The notes beneath the pieces were generated by a model, which worked only from the letters and a program-made list of their open reading frames with translations, was not told the origin of the DNA and searched no databases. A DNA stretch of 46,713 bases from a virus (lineage: Duplodnaviria > Heunggongvirae > Uroviricota > Caudoviricetes): the IMG/VR virus record IMGVR_UViG_2563366972_000004. One strand, 5' to 3'. The position numbers were made by a program, and so were the translations under genes. Shown piece by piece: positions 32,842-45,000 of the stretch; within the stretch, counting starts at the first letter, position 1, and every line of letters starts with the position of its first letter.

Positions 32842-35403
32842 ATGGCTGAACCGGTAGGCGATCTGGTCGTTGATTTGAGTCTGGATGCGGCCAGATTTGA
32901 CGAGCAGATGGCCAGAGTCAGGCGTCATTTTTCCGGTACGGAAAGTGATGCGAAAAAAACAGCGGCAGTCGTTGAACAGTCGCTGAGCCGACAGGCGCTG
33001 GCTGCACAGAAAGCGGGGATTTCCGTCGGGCAGTATAAAGCCGCCATGCGTATGCTGCCTGCACAGTTCACCGACGTGGCCACGCAGCTTGCAGGCGGGC
33101 AAAGTCCGTGGCTGATCCTGCTGCAACAGGGTGGTCAGGTTAAGGACTCCTTCGGCGGGATGATCCCCATGTTCAGGGGGCTTGCCGGTGCGATCACCCT
33201 GCCGATGGTGGGGGCCACCTCGCTGGCGGTGGCGACCGGTGCGCTGGCGTATGCCTGGTATCAGGGCAACTCAACCTTGTCCGATTTCAACAAAACGCTG
33301 GTCCTTTCCGGCAATCAGTCGGGGCTGACGGCAGATCGTATGCTGGTCCTGTCCAGAGCCGGGCAGGCGGCAGGGCTGACGTTTAACCAGACCAGCGAGT
33401 CACTCAGCGCACTGGTTAAGGCGGGGGTAAGCGGTGAGGCTCAGATTGCGTCCATCAGCCAGAGTGTGGCGCGTTTCTCCTCTGCATCCGGCGTGGAGGT
33501 GGACAAGGTCGCTGAAGCCTTCGGGAAGCTGACCACAGACCCGACGTCGGGGCTGACGGCGATGGCACGCCAGTTCCATAACGTGACGGCGGAGCAGATT
33601 GCGTATGTTGCTCAGTTGCAGCGTTCCGGCGATGAAGCCGGGGCATTGCAGGCGGCGAACGAGGCCGCAACGAAAGGGTTTGATGACCAGACCCGCCGCC
33701 TGAAAGAGAACATGGGCACGCTGGAGACCTGGGCAGACAGGACTGCGCGGGCCTTCAAATCCATGTGGGATGCGGTGCTGGATATTGGTCGTCCTGATAC
33801 CGCGCAGGAGATGCTGATTAAGGCAGAGGCTGCGTTTAAGAAAGCAGACGACATCTGGAATCTGCGCAAGGATGATTATTTTGTTAACGATGAAGCGCGG
33901 GCGCGTTACTGGGATGATCGTGAAAAGGCCCGTCTTGCGCTTGAAGCCGCCCGAAAGAAGGCTGAGCAGCAGACTCAACAGGACAAAAATGCGCAGCAGC
34001 AGAGCGATACCGAAGCGTCACGGCTGAAATATACCGAAGAGGCGCAGAAGGCTTACGAACGGCTGCAGACGCCGCTGGAGAAATATACCGCCCGTCAGGA
34101 AGAACTGAACAAGGCACTGAAAGACGGGAAAATCCTACAGGCGGATTACAACACGCTGATGGCGGCGGCGAAAAAGGATTATGAAGCGACGCTGAAAAAG
34201 CCGAAACAGTCCGGCGTGAAGGTGTCTGCGGGCGATCGTCAGGAAGACAGTGCTCATGCTGCCCTGCTGACGCTTCAGGCTGAACTCCGGACGCTGGAGA
34301 AGCATGCCGGAGCAAATGAGAAAATCAGCCAGCAGCGCCGGGATTTGTGGAAGGCGGAGAGTCAGTTCGCGGTACTGGAGGAGGCGGCGCAACGTCGCCA
34401 GCTGTCTGCACAGGAGAAATCCCTGCTGGCGCATAAAGATGAGACGCTGGAGTACAAACGCCAGCTGGCTGCACTTGGCGACAAGGTTACGTATCAGGAG
34501 CGCCTGAACGCGCTGGCGCAGCAGGCGGATAAATTCGCACAGCAGCAACGGGCAAAACGGGCCGCCATTGATGCGAAAAGCCGGGGGCTGACTGACCGGC
34601 AGGCAGAACGGGAAGCCACGGAACAGCGCCTGAAGGAACAGTATGGCGATAATCCGCTGGCGCTGAATAACGTCATGTCAGAGCAGAAAAAGACCTGGGC
34701 GGCTGAAGACCAGCTTCGCGGGAGCTGGATGGCAGGCCTGAAGTCCGGCTGGAGTGAGTGGGAAGAGAGCGCCACGGACAGTATGTCGCAGGTAAAAAGT
34801 GCAGCCACGCAGACCTTTGATGGTATTGCACAGAATATGGCGGCGATGCTGACCGGCAGTGAGCAGAACTGGCGCAGCTTCACCCGTTCCGTGCTGTCCA
34901 TGATGACAGAAATTCTGCTTAAGCAGGCAATGGTGGGGATTGTCGGGAGTATCGGCAGCGCCATTGGCGGGGCTGTTGGTGGCGGCGCATCCGCGTCAGG
35001 CGGTACAGCCATTCAGGCCGCTGCGGCGAAATTCCATTTTGCAACCGGAGGATTTACGGGAACCGGCGGCAAATATGAGCCAGCGGGGATTGTTCACCGT
35101 GGTGAATTTGTCTTCACGAAGGAGGCAACCAGCCGGATTGGCGTGGGGAATCTTTACCGGCTGATGCGCGGCTATGCCACCGGCGGTTATGTCGGTACAC
35201 CGGGCAGCATGGCAGACAGCCGGTCGCAGGCGTCCGGGACGTTTGAGCAGAATAACCATGTGGTGATTAACAACGACGGCACGAACGGTCAGATAGGTCC
35301 GGCTGCTCTGAAGGCGGTGTATGACATGGCCCGCAAGGGTGCCCGTGATGAAATTCAGACACAGATGCGTGATGGTGGCCTGTTCTCCGGAGGTGGACGA
35401 TGA
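32842..35403 (+). CDS. H: Tape measure protein H (853 aa)
   Basis: Size and position; matches recalled lambda gpH features. Confidence 0.95.
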   Translation: MAEPVGDLVVDLSLDAARFDEQMARVRRHFSGTESDAKKTAAVVEQSLSRQALAAQKAGISVGQYKAAMRMLPAQFTDVATQLAGGQSPWLILLQQGGQVKDSFGGMIPMFRGLAGAITLPMVGATSLAVATGALAYAWYQGNSTLSDFNKTLVLSGNQSGLTADRMLVLSRAGQAAGLTFNQTSESLSALVKAGVSGEAQIASISQSVARFSSASGVEVDKVAEAFGKLTTDPTSGLTAMARQFHNVTAEQIAYVAQLQRSGDEAGALQAANEAATKGFDDQTRRLKENMGTLETWADRTARAFKSMWDAVLDIGRPDTAQEMLIKAEAAFKKADDIWNLRKDDYFVNDEARARYWDDREKARLALEAARKKAEQQTQQDKNAQQQSDTEASRLKYTEEAQKAYERLQTPLEKYTARQEELNKALKDGKILQADYNTLMAAAKKDYEATLKKPKQSGVKVSAGDRQEDSAHAALLTLQAELRTLEKHAGANEKISQQRRDLWKAESQFAVLEEAAQRRQLSAQEKSLLAHKDETLEYKRQLAALGDKVTYQERLNALAQQADKFAQQQRAKRAAIDAKSRGLTDRQAEREATEQRLKEQYGDNPLALNNVMSEQKKTWAAEDQLRGSWMAGLKSGWSEWEESATDSMSQVKSAATQTFDGIAQNMAAMLTGSEQNWRSFTRSVLSMMTEILLKQAMVGIVGSIGSAIGGAVGGGASASGGTAIQAAAAKFHFATGGFTGTGGKYEPAGIVHRGEFVFTKEATSRIGVGNLYRLMRGYATGGYVGTPGSMADSRSQASGTFEQNNHVVINNDGTNGQIGPAALKAVYDMARKGARDEIQTQMRDGGLFSGGGR

Positions 35404-35729
35404 AGACCTTCCGCTGGAAAGTGAAACCCGGTATGGATGTGGCTTCGGTCCCTTCTGTAAGAAAGGTGCGCTTTGGTGATGGCTATTCTCAGCGAGCGCC
35501 TGCCGGGCTGAATGCCAACCTGAAAACGTACAGCGTGACGCTTTCTGTCCCCCGTGAGGAGGCCACGGTACTGGAGTCGTTTCTGGAAGAGCACGGGGGC
35601 TGGAAATCCTTTCTGTGGACGCCGCCTTATGAGTGGCGGCAGATAAAGGTGACCTGCGCAAAATGGTCGTCGCGGGTCAGTATGTTGCGTGTTGAGTTCA
35701 GCGCAGAGTTTGAACAGGTGGTGAACTGA
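35400..35729 (+). CDS. M: Minor tail protein M (109 aa)
   Basis: Lambda order and size. Confidence 0.9.
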   Translation: MKTFRWKVKPGMDVASVPSVRKVRFGDGYSQRAPAGLNANLKTYSVTLSVPREEATVLESFLEEHGGWKSFLWTPPYEWRQIKVTCAKWSSRVSMLRVEFSAEFEQVVN

Positions 35730-36427
35730 TGCAGGATATCCGGCAGGAAACACTGAATGAATGCACCCGTGCGGAGCAGTCGGCCAGCGTGGTGCTCTGG
35801 GAAATCGACCTGACAGAGGTCGGTGGAGAACGTTATTTTTTCTGTAATGAGCAGAACGAAAAAGGTGAGCCGGTCACCTGGCAGGGGCGACAGTATCAGC
35901 CGTATCCCATTCAGGGGAGCGGTTTTGAACTGAATGGCAAAGGCACCAGTACGCGCCCCACGCTGACGGTTTCTAACCTGTACGGTATGGTCACCGGGAT
36001 GGCGGAAGATATGCAGAGTCTGGTCGGCGGAACGGTGGTCCGGCGTAAGGTTTACGCCCGTTTTCTGGATGCGGTGAACTTCGTCAACGGAAACAGTGAC
36101 GCCGATCCGGAGCAGGAGGTGATCAGCCGCTGGCGCATCGAGCAGTGCAGCGAACTGAGCGCGGTCAGTGCCTCTTTTGTACTGTCCACGCCGACGGAAA
36201 CGGACGGTGCCGTTTTTCCGGGACGTATCATGCTGGCCAACACCTGCACCTGGACCTATCGCGGTGATGAGTGCGGTTATCACGGTCCGGCGGTCGCGGA
36301 TGAATATGATCAGCCGACGTCCGATATCACGAAGGATAAATGCAGCAAATGCCTGAGCGGCTGTAAGTTTCGCAATAACGTCGGCAACTTTGGCGGCTTC
36401 CTTTCCATTAACAAACTTTCGCAGTGA
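35729..36427 (+). CDS. L: Minor tail protein L (232 aa)
   Basis: Lambda order and size; Cys-rich C-terminus. Confidence 0.9.
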   Translation: MQDIRQETLNECTRAEQSASVVLWEIDLTEVGGERYFFCNEQNEKGEPVTWQGRQYQPYPIQGSGFELNGKGTSTRPTLTVSNLYGMVTGMAEDMQSLVGGTVVRRKVYARFLDAVNFVNGNSDADPEQEVISRWRIEQCSELSAVSASFVLSTPTETDGAVFPGRIMLANTCTWTYRGDECGYHGPAVADEYDQPTSDITKDKCSKCLSGCKFRNNVGNFGGFLSINKLSQ

Positions 36428-36432
36428 ATCCC

Positions 36433-37176
36433 ATGACAGAGACAGAATCAGCGATTCTGGCGCACGCCCGGCGATGTGCGCCAGCGGAGTCGTGCGGCTT
36501 CGTGGTGAGAACACCGGAGGGGGAAAGATATTTTCCCTGCGTGAATATCTCCGGTGAGCCGGAGGCGTATTTCCGGATGTCGCCGGAGGACTGGCTGCGG
36601 GCAGAGATGCAGGGTGAGATTGTGGCGCTGGTCCACAGCCACCCCGGTGGTCTGCCCTGGCTGAGTGAGACCGACCGGCGGCTGCAGGTGCAGAGTGATT
36701 TGCCGTGGTGGCTGGTTTGCCGGGGGGCGATTCACAAGTTCCGCTGTGTGCCACATCTTTCCGGGCGGCGCTTTGAGCACGGGGTGACGGACTGTTACAC
36801 GCTGTTCCGGGATGCTTACCATCTGGCGGGGATTGAGATGCCGGATTTTCATCGCGAGGATGACTGGTGGCGTCACGGTCAGAATCTCTATCTGGATAAT
36901 CTGGAGGCCACAGGGCTGTATCAGGTGCCGTTGTCATCAGCACAACCGGGCGATGTGCTGCTGTGCTGTTTTGGTTCATCGGTGCCGAATCATGCCGCCA
37001 TTTACTGTGGTGACAGCGAGCTGCTGCACCATATTCCTGAACAACTGAGCAAACGAGAGAGGTACACCGACAAATGGCAGCGACGCACACACTCCCTCTG
37101 GCGTCACCGGGAATGGCACGCATCTGCCTTTACGGGGATTTGCAACGATTTGGCCGCCGCATCGACCTTCGTGTGA
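36433..37176 (+). CDS. K: Tail assembly protein K (NlpC/P60 + JAB/MPN-like)
   Basis: Lambda order; HSHPGG motif; start taken at the ATG at 36433 (the track's ORF begins at a GTG at 36424). Confidence 0.85.
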   Translation: MTETESAILAHARRCAPAESCGFVVRTPEGERYFPCVNISGEPEAYFRMSPEDWLRAEMQGEIVALVHSHPGGLPWLSETDRRLQVQSDLPWWLVCRGAIHKFRCVPHLSGRRFEHGVTDCYTLFRDAYHLAGIEMPDFHREDDWWRHGQNLYLDNLEATGLYQVPLSSAQPGDVLLCCFGSSVPNHAAIYCGDSELLHHIPEQLSKRERYTDKWQRRTHSLWRHREWHASAFTGICNDLAAASTFV

Positions 37177-37745
37177 AAACGGGGGCTGAAGCCATCCGCG
37201 CACTGGCCACACAGCTCCCGGCGTTTCGTCAGAAACTGAGCGACGGCTGGTATCAGGTACGGATTGCCGGGCGGGACGTCAGCACGTCCGGGTTAACGGC
37301 GCAGTTACATGAGACTCTGCCTGACGGCGCTGTGATTCATATTGTTCCCAGAGTCGCCGGGGCCAAGTCAGGGGGCGTATTCCAGATTGTTCTGGGGGCT
37401 GCCGCCATTGCCGGATCATTCTTTACTGCCGGAGCCACCCTTGCAGCATGGGGGGCAGCCATTGGGGCCGGTGGTATGACCGGCATCCTGTTTTCTCTCG
37501 GTGCCAGTATGGTGCTCGGTGGTGTGGCGCAGATGCTGGCACCGAAAGCCAGAACTCCCCGTACACAGACAACGGATAACGGTAAGCAGAACACCTATTT
37601 CTCCTCACTGGATAACATGGTTGCCCAGGGCAATGTTCTGCCTGTTCTGTACGGGGAAATGCGCGTGGGGTCTCGCGTGGTTTCTCAGGAGATCAGCACG
37701 GCAGACGAAGGGGATGGTGGTCAGGTTGTGGTGATTGGTCGCTGA
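37074..37745 (+). CDS. I: Tail assembly protein I (223 aa)
   Basis: Lambda order and size; overlaps the K 3' end in another frame. Confidence 0.9.
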   Translation: MAATHTLPLASPGMARICLYGDLQRFGRRIDLRVKTGAEAIRALATQLPAFRQKLSDGWYQVRIAGRDVSTSGLTAQLHETLPDGAVIHIVPRVAGAKSGGVFQIVLGAAAIAGSFFTAGATLAAWGAAIGAGGMTGILFSLGASMVLGGVAQMLAPKARTPRTQTTDNGKQNTYFSSLDNMVAQGNVLPVLYGEMRVGSRVVSQEISTADEGDGGQVVVIGR

Positions 37746-37804
37746 TGAAAAACGTTTATGTGAAACCGCCTCCGGGCGGTTTTGTCGTTTATGGAGCGTG
37801 AGGA

Positions 37805-40800
37805 ATGGGTAAAGGCAGCAGTAAGGGGCATACTCCGCGCGAAGCGAAGGACAACCTGAAGTCCACGCAGTTGCTGAGTGTGATCGATGCCATCAGCGAA
37901 GGGCCGATTGAAGGTCCGGTGGATGGATTAAAAAGCGTGCTGCTGAACAGTACGCCAGTGCTGGACAGTGAGGGGAATACCAACATCTCCGGCGTCACGG
38001 TGGTGTTCCGGGCCGGTGAGCAGGAGCAGACACCGCCGGAGGGATTTGAATCCTCCGGCTCCGAGACGGTGCTGGGTACGGAAGTGAAATACGACACGCC
38101 GATCACCTGGACCATCACGTCGGCAAACATTGACCGACTGCGTGTTACCTTCGGCGTGCAGGCACTGGTGGAAACCACCTCAAAGGGGGACAGGAATCCG
38201 TCGGAAGTCCGCCTGCTGGTTCAGATACAGCGTAATGGTGGCTGGGTGACGGAAAAAGACATCACCATTAAGGGCAAAACCACCTCGCAGTATCTGGCCT
38301 CGGTGGTGGTGGGTAACCTGCCGCCGCGCCCGTTCAGTATACGGATGCGCAGGATGACGCCGGACAGCACCACAGACCAGCTGCAGAACAAAACGCTCTG
38401 GTCGTCATACACCGAAATCATCGATGTGAAACAGTGCTACCCGAACACGGCACTGGTCGGTGTGCAGGTGGACTCGGAGCAGTTCGGCAGCCAGCAGGTG
38501 AGCCGTAATTATCATCTTCGCGGGCGCATTCTGCAGGTGCCGTCGAACTATAACCCGCAGACGCGGCAATACAGCGGTATCTGGGACGGAACGTTTAAAC
38601 CGGCATACAGCAACAACATGGCCTGGTGTCTGTGGGATATGCTGACCCATCCGCGCTACGGCATGGGGAAACGTCTTGGTGCGGCGGATGTGGATAAATG
38701 GGCGCTGTATGTCATCGGCCAGAATTGCGACCAGTCGGTGCCGGACGGCTTTGGCGGCACGGAGCCGCGCATCACCTGTAATGCCTGGCTGACCACACAG
38801 CGCAAGGCGTGGGATGTGCTCAGTGATTTCTGCTCGGCGATGCGCTGTATGCCGATATGGAACGGGCAGACGCTGACGTTCGTGCAGGACCGACCATCAG
38901 ATAAGGTGTGGACCTATAACCGCAGTAATGTGGTGATGCCGGATGATGGCGCGCCGTTCCGCTACAGCTTCAGCGCCCTGAAGGACCGCCATAATGCCGT
39001 TGAGGTGAACTGGATTGACCCGGATAACGGCTGGGAGACGGCGACAGAGCTTGTGGAGGACACGCCGGCCATTCTCCGTTACGGTCGTAACGTCACGAAG
39101 ATGGATGCCTTTGGCTGTACCAGCCGGGGGCAGGCACACCGCGCCGGGCTGTGGCTGATTAAAACGGAACTGCTGGAAACGCAGACCGTGGACTTCAGCG
39201 TGGGCGCGGAAGGGCTTCGCCATGTGCCGGGCGATGTTATTGAAATCTGCGATGATGACTATGCCGGTATCAGCATCGGTGGTCGCGTGCTGGCGGTGAA
39301 CAGCCAGACCCGGACGCTGACGCTCGACCGTGAAATCACGCTGCCATCCTCCGGCACCACGCTGATAAGCCTGGTTGACGGAAAGGGCAATCCGGTCAGC
39401 GTGGAGGTCCAGTCCGTCACCGACGGCGTGAAGGTAAAAGTGAGCCGTGTTCCTGACGGCGTTGCCGGATACAGCGTGTGGGGGCTGAAGCTGCCGACGC
39501 TGCGCCAGCGACTGTTCCGCTGCGTGAGTATCCGTGAGAACGACGACGGCACGTATGCCATCACCGCCGTGCAGCATGTGCCGGAAAAAGAGGCCATCGT
39601 GGATAACGGGGCGCACTTTGACGGCGACCAGAGCGGCACGGTGAATGGTGTCACGCCGCCAGCGGTGCAGCACCTGACTGCCGAAGTCACCGCAGACAGC
39701 GGGGAATATCAGGTGCTGGCGCGCTGGGACACACCGAAGGTGGTGAAGGGCGTGAGCTTCCTGCTCCGTCTGACCGTAACAGCGGACGACGGCAGTGAGC
39801 GGCTGGTCAGCACGGCCCGGACGACGGAAACCACATACCGCTTCACACAACTGGCGTTGGGGAACTACAGGCTGACAGTCCGGGCGGTAAATGCGTGGGG
39901 ACAGCAGGGCGATCCGGCATCGGTATCGTTCCGGATTGCCGCACCGGCAGCGCCGTCTCGGATTGAGCTGACACCGGGCTATTTTCAGATAACCGCCACG
40001 CCGCATCTTGCGGTTTATGACCCGACGGTACAGTTTGAGTTCTGGTTCTCGGAAAAACGGATTGCGGATATCAGGCAGGTTGAAACCAGCGCGCGTTATC
40101 TTGGTACGGCACTGTACTGGATAGCCGCCAGTATCAATATCAAACCGGGCCATGATTATTATTTTTACGTTCGCAGTGTGAACACCGTTGGCAAATCGGC
40201 ATTCGTGGAGGCTGTCGGTCAGCCGAGTGATGATGCATCAGGCTATCTGGATTTTTTCAAAGGCGAGATAGGGAAAACCCATCTGGCTCAGGAGCTGTGG
40301 ACGCAGATTGATAACGGTCAGCTTGCGCCTGACCTGACTGAAATCAGGACGTCCATAACGGATGTCAGCAATGAAATAACACAGACCGTCAATAAGAAAC
40401 TGGAAGACCAGAGTGCAGCGATCCAGCAGATACAGAAGGTTCAGGTTGATACAAATAATAACCTGAACAGCATGTGGGCAGTGAAGCTGCAGCAGATGCA
40501 GGACGGACGCCTTTATATTGCGGGTATCGGTGCCGGTATTGAGAACACCCCTGACGGCATGCAGAGTCAGGTGCTGCTGGCAGCAGACAGGATTGCGATG
40601 ATTAATCCTGCGAATGGCAACACAAAGCCGATGTTTGTTGGTCAGGGCGATCAGATATTCATGAATGAAGTGTTCCTGAAACGCCTGACGGCCCCCACCA
40701 TTACCAGCGGCGGTAATCCTCCGGCATTTTCCCTGACATCAGACGGGAGACTGACGGCGAAAAATGCGGATATCAGTGGCAGTGTGAATGCGAACTCAGG

Positions 40801-41302
40801 AACGCTCAACAATGTCACGATTAACCAGAACTGTACGATTAAGGGCATGCTGGAGGCGACCCAGGTCAGAGGAGATTTCGTTAAAGCTGTATCAAAAGCC
40901 TTCCCGAAAAAAGTCGGTACGTGGGGTAACACGGAAACACCAAACGGTACGGTTACAGTCACCATCAGCGATGATCATAACTTTGACCGCCAGATTATTA
41001 TTCCGCCCATTATTTTTAACGGTATAGCGTATGACGATCCGGGGAGCGGAAATAACCCAGGAGGCACGCGATACACGGGTTATGGTTTTGAAGTTCGCAA
41101 AAACGGCGTATTAATCGCATCCAGAGAAACTAAAGGGGCCATTCCCGGTAGTTACAGTGCAGTTATTGATATGCCGAGTGGCAGGGGAAGCGTCACTCTG
41201 GAGTTTAAGATTTTCCAGAAAGGCAATCAGGGGGCAGGCAATATCACCGACTGTACGGTGATTGTGACCAAAAAAGCCGCTTCCGGCATCAGTATTCGTT
41301 GA
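37805..41302 (+). CDS. J: Central tail fibre / host specificity protein J (1165 aa)
   Basis: Lambda order; N-terminal [26 protein letters not shown]...; longer than the about 1132 aa I recall for lambda J. Confidence 0.9.
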   Translation: MGKGSSKGHTPREAKDNLKSTQLLSVIDAISEGPIEGPVDGLKSVLLNSTPVLDSEGNTNISGVTVVFRAGEQEQTPPEGFESSGSETVLGTEVKYDTPITWTITSANIDRLRVTFGVQALVETTSKGDRNPSEVRLLVQIQRNGGWVTEKDITIKGKTTSQYLASVVVGNLPPRPFSIRMRRMTPDSTTDQLQNKTLWSSYTEIIDVKQCYPNTALVGVQVDSEQFGSQQVSRNYHLRGRILQVPSNYNPQTRQYSGIWDGTFKPAYSNNMAWCLWDMLTHPRYGMGKRLGAADVDKWALYVIGQNCDQSVPDGFGGTEPRITCNAWLTTQRKAWDVLSDFCSAMRCMPIWNGQTLTFVQDRPSDKVWTYNRSNVVMPDDGAPFRYSFSALKDRHNAVEVNWIDPDNGWETATELVEDTPAILRYGRNVTKMDAFGCTSRGQAHRAGLWLIKTELLETQTVDFSVGAEGLRHVPGDVIEICDDDYAGISIGGRVLAVNSQTRTLTLDREITLPSSGTTLISLVDGKGNPVSVEVQSVTDGVKVKVSRVPDGVAGYSVWGLKLPTLRQRLFRCVSIRENDDGTYAITAVQHVPEKEAIVDNGAHFDGDQSGTVNGVTPPAVQHLTAEVTADSGEYQVLARWDTPKVVKGVSFLLRLTVTADDGSERLVSTARTTETTYRFTQLALGNYRLTVRAVNAWGQQGDPASVSFRIAAPAAPSRIELTPGYFQITATPHLAVYDPTVQFEFWFSEKRIADIRQVETSARYLGTALYWIAASINIKPGHDYYFYVRSVNTVGKSAFVEAVGQPSDDASGYLDFFKGEIGKTHLAQELWTQIDNGQLAPDLTEIRTSITDVSNEITQTVNKKLEDQSAAIQQIQKVQVDTNNNLNSMWAVKLQQMQDGRLYIAGIGAGIENTPDGMQSQVLLAADRIAMINPANGNTKPMFVGQGDQIFMNEVFLKRLTAPTITSGGNPPAFSLTSDGRLTAKNADISGSVNANSGTLNNVTINQNCTIKGMLEATQVRGDFVKAVSKAFPKKVGTWGNTETPNGTVTVTISDDHNFDRQIIIPPIIFNGIAYDDPGSGNNPGGTRYTGYGFEVRKNGVLIASRETKGAIPGSYSAVIDMPSGRGSVTLEFKIFQKGNQGAGNITDCTVIVTKKAASGISIR

Positions 41303-41372
41303 AATATTTATAACCCCAATAAAGGGCGTCAGGAATGACGCCTTTTTTATTGCAGAAAAGCGAGAGGTAATT

Positions 41373-41972
41373 ATGCGTAAAGTTTGTGCAGCAATTTTGT
41401 CCGCAGCCATTTGTCTGGCCGTATCCGGTGCGCCTGCATGGGCGTCTGAACATCAGTCCACGCTGAGCGCGGGGTATCTTCATGCCTCGACGAACGTCCC
41501 CGGCAGCGATGATCTGAACGGGATTAACGTGAAATACCGTTATGAGTTTACGGACACACTGGGGCTGGTGACGTCATTCAGCTATGCAGGAGACAAGAAT
41601 CGCCAGCTGACCCGTTACAGCGATACCCGCTGGCATGAAGATTCCGTTCGTAACCGCTGGTTCAGCGTAATGGCGGGGCCGTCTGTGCGCGTGAATGAAT
41701 GGTTCAGCGCGTATGCGATGGCGGGTGTAGCTTACAGCCGTGTGTCGACTTTCTCCGGGGATTATCTTCGCGTAACTGACAACAAGGGGAAAAAGCACGA
41801 TGTGCTGACCGGAAGTGATGACGGTCGCCACAGCAACACGTCTCTGGCGTGGGGGGCTGGCGTGCAGTTTAACCCGACCGAATCCGTGGCCATTGATATT
41901 GCTTATGAAGGCTCCGGCAGTGGTGACTGGCGCACTGACGGTTTCATCGTGGGTGTCGGTTATAAATTCTGA
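41373..41972 (+). CDS. lom: Lom outer membrane protein (Ail/Lom family), 199 aa
   Basis: Signal peptide and beta-barrel pattern ending GYKF; matches recalled lambda Lom. Confidence 0.9.
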   Translation: MRKVCAAILSAAICLAVSGAPAWASEHQSTLSAGYLHASTNVPGSDDLNGINVKYRYEFTDTLGLVTSFSYAGDKNRQLTRYSDTRWHEDSVRNRWFSVMAGPSVRVNEWFSAYAMAGVAYSRVSTFSGDYLRVTDNKGKKHDVLTGSDDGRHSNTSLAWGAGVQFNPTESVAIDIAYEGSGSGDWRTDGFIVGVGYKF

Positions 41973-42030
41973 TTAGCCAGGTAACACAGCGTTATGACAG
42001 CCCGCCTGTTCAGGCGGGCTTTTTTGTGGG

Positions 42031-45000
42031 GTGAATATGGCAGTAAAGATTTCAGGTGTACTGAAAGACGGCACAGGAAAACCGGTACAGAACTGCACAA
42101 TCCAGCTGAAAGCAAAACGTAACAGCACCACGGTGGTGGTGAACACGGTGGCCTCAGAAAATCCGGATGAAGCCGGGCGTTACAGCATGGACGTTGAGTA
42201 CGGTCAGTACAGCGTTATTCTGTTGGTGGAAGGCTTCCCGCCATCGCATGCCGGGACCATCACCGTGTATGAAGACTCACAACCGGGTACGCTGAATGAT
42301 TTTCTTGGTGCCATGACGGAGGATGATGCCCGTCCGGAGGCACTGCGCCGTTTTGAACTGATGGTGGAAGAGGTGGCGCGTAACGCGTCCGCGGTGGCAC
42401 AGAACACGGCAGCCGCGAAGAAGTCAGCCAGCGATGCCAGCACATCAGCCCGTGAGGCGGCAACCCATGCGACTGATGCTGCAGGCTCAGCACGCGCAGC
42501 CAGCACGTCAGCCGGACAGGCCGCGTCGTCGGCTCAGTCAGCATCTTCCAGCGCAGGAACGGCATCAACAAAGGCCAGTGAAGCATCGAAAAGTGCTGCT
42601 GCTGCAGAGTCCTCAAAAAGCGCGGCAGCTACCAGTGCCGGTGCGGCGAAAACGTCAGAAACGAATGCGGCAGCGTCACAACAATCAGCAGCCACTTCTG
42701 CATCCGCCGCGACCACGAAGGCGTCAGAAGCAGCCACCTCAGCCCGGGATGCGGCGGCCTCAAAAGAGGCAGCGAAATCATCAGAAACGAGCGCATCATC
42801 AAGCGCCAGTAGTGCCGCTTCCTCGGCAACGGCGGCAGGCAATTCCGCGAAGGCGGCAAAGACGTCTGAGACAAACGCCAGGTCTTCTGAAACGGCAGCG
42901 TGACAGAGCGCCTCGGCTGCGGCAGGCTCAAAAACAGCGGCTGCGTCGTCTGCCAGTGCCGCGTCAACAAGTGCCGGGCAGGCCTCAGCCAGTGCCACCG
43001 CCGCCGGAAAATCGGCAGAAAGCGCCGCATCGTCTGCTTCAACAGCCACAACGAAGGCTGGCGAAGCCACTGAACAGGCCACGGCAGCAGCGAGGTCAGC
43101 TTCCGCAGCGAAGACATCCGAAACGAACGCGAAAGCGTCGGAAACCAGCGCAGAATCCTCAAAAACGGCTGCCGCATCGTCCGCCAGTTCGGCGGCGTCA
43201 TCGGCATCATCGGCGTCTGCTTCAAAAGATGAGGCGACCAGACAAGCGTCCGCAGCGAAGGGCAGCGCCACGACGGCATCCACGAAGGCGACAGAGGCAG
43301 CTGGCAGTGCGACGGCGGCAGCACAGAGCAAAAGTACGGCGGAATCCGCGGCAACGCGCGCCGAGACAGCGGCAAAACGGGCAGAGGATATTGCATCCGC
43401 CGTGGCGCTTGAGGATGCAAGTACGACGAAAAAGGGGATAGTACAGCTCAGCAGTGCGACCAACAGTACGTCTGAAACGCTGGCGGCAACGCCAAAGGCA
43501 GTAAAATCAGCCTATGACAATGCAGAGAAACGTCTGCAGAAAGACCAGAACGGCGCTGATATACCCGATAAGGGACGCTTCCTGAACAACATTAACGCGG
43601 TCAGTAAAACAGACTTTGCTGATAAGCGTGGTATGCGTTATGTGCGGGTTAACGCTCCTGCAGGTGCAACATCTGGAAAATATTACCCTGTTGTTGTTAT
43701 GCGTTCTGCTGGCTCAGTAAGCGAACTGGCATCAAGGGTCATTATCACCACGGCAACGCGAACCGCAGGCGATCCGATGAATAACTGCGAGTTTAACGGA
43801 TTTGTTATGCCTGGTGGCTGGACTGACAGGGGGCGTTATGCTTATGGAATGTTCTGGCAATATCAAAACAATGAACGAGCCATCCACTCAATAATGATGA
43901 GTAATAAGGGCGATGATTTGCGCTCTGTGTTCTATGTTGATGGCGCTGCTTTCCCTGTTTTTGCGTTTATCGAAGATGGCCTGTCAATATCCGCACCTGG
44001 TGCTGATCTCGTTGTTAATGATACGACCTATAAGTTTGGGGCAACAAATCCGGCGACTGAATGTATCGCGGCGGACGTTATCCTTGATTTTAAGAGTGGG
44101 CGTGGTTTTTATGAGTCTCATTCGTTAATCGTTAACGATAACTTGTCGTGCAAAAAACTTTTTGCCACAGACGAAATTGTAGCGCGTGGTGGTAATCAGA
44201 TTCGAATGATAGGTGGGGAGTATGGGGCATTATGGCGTAATGATGGCGCTAAAACTTACCTGCTGCTTACCAATCAAGGTGATGTTTATGGTGGCTGGAA
44301 TACATTAAGACCGTTTGCTATTGATAACGCAACCGGCGAACTGGTTATTGGAACCAAACTGTCCGCAAGTCTGAACGGTAATGCATTAACAGCAACAAAG
44401 CTGCAAACGCCAAGACGGGTTTCTGGTGTTGAGTTTGATGGTTCCAAAGATATTACTTTAACCGCTGCGCATGTGGCTGCTTTTGCCAGAAGGGCAACGG
44501 ATACATATGCCGATGCGGATGGTGGCGTTCCCTGGAATGCCGAATCAGGCGCTTATAATGTCACCCGCTCTGGCGACAGCTATATTCTGGTTAACTTCTA
44601 TACCGGAGTCGGAAGTTGCCGGACCTTGCAGATGAAGGCGCATTACAGAAATGGTGGTCTGTTCTACCGTTCTTCAAGAGACGGTTATGGTTTTGAGGAT
44701 GACTGGGCAGAAGTTTATACCTCGAAAAATCTTCCACCAGAAAGCTACCCAGTCGGCGCACCAATCCCGTGGCCATCAGATACCGTTCCGTCTGGTTATG
44801 CCCTGATGCAGGGGCAGACTTTTGACAAATCTGCTTACCCGAAACTTGCAGCCGCTTATCCGTCAGGCGTGATCCCTGATATGCGTGGCTGGACGATTAA
44901 GGGCAAACCTGCCAGTGGTCGGGCCGTATTGTCTCAGGAACAGGACGGCATTAAATCGCATACCCACAGCGCCAGCGCATCCAGTACAGATTTGGGGACG

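Noticed and set aside
35627-37123. 498-aa minus-strand ORF antisense to the L-K-I tail genes
   Set aside because: Antisense to well-supported lambda genes in GC-rich DNA; product is low-complexity (Pro/Ala/Arg/Ser-rich); typical spurious antisense ORF.
38897-40153. 418-aa minus-strand ORF antisense to J
   Set aside because: Lies wholly inside the J gene on the opposite strand; Arg-rich low-complexity translation; no independent start signals noticed.
42434-43463. Long ORFs in other frames or on the opposite strand across the middle of stf (335-aa Arg/Pro-rich plus-strand ORF; 309-aa and 263-aa minus-strand ORFs)
   Set aside because: They overlap the Ala/Ser-rich repetitive stf coding sequence; the low-complexity composition keeps off-frames open. 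The stf frame has the recognisable protein.
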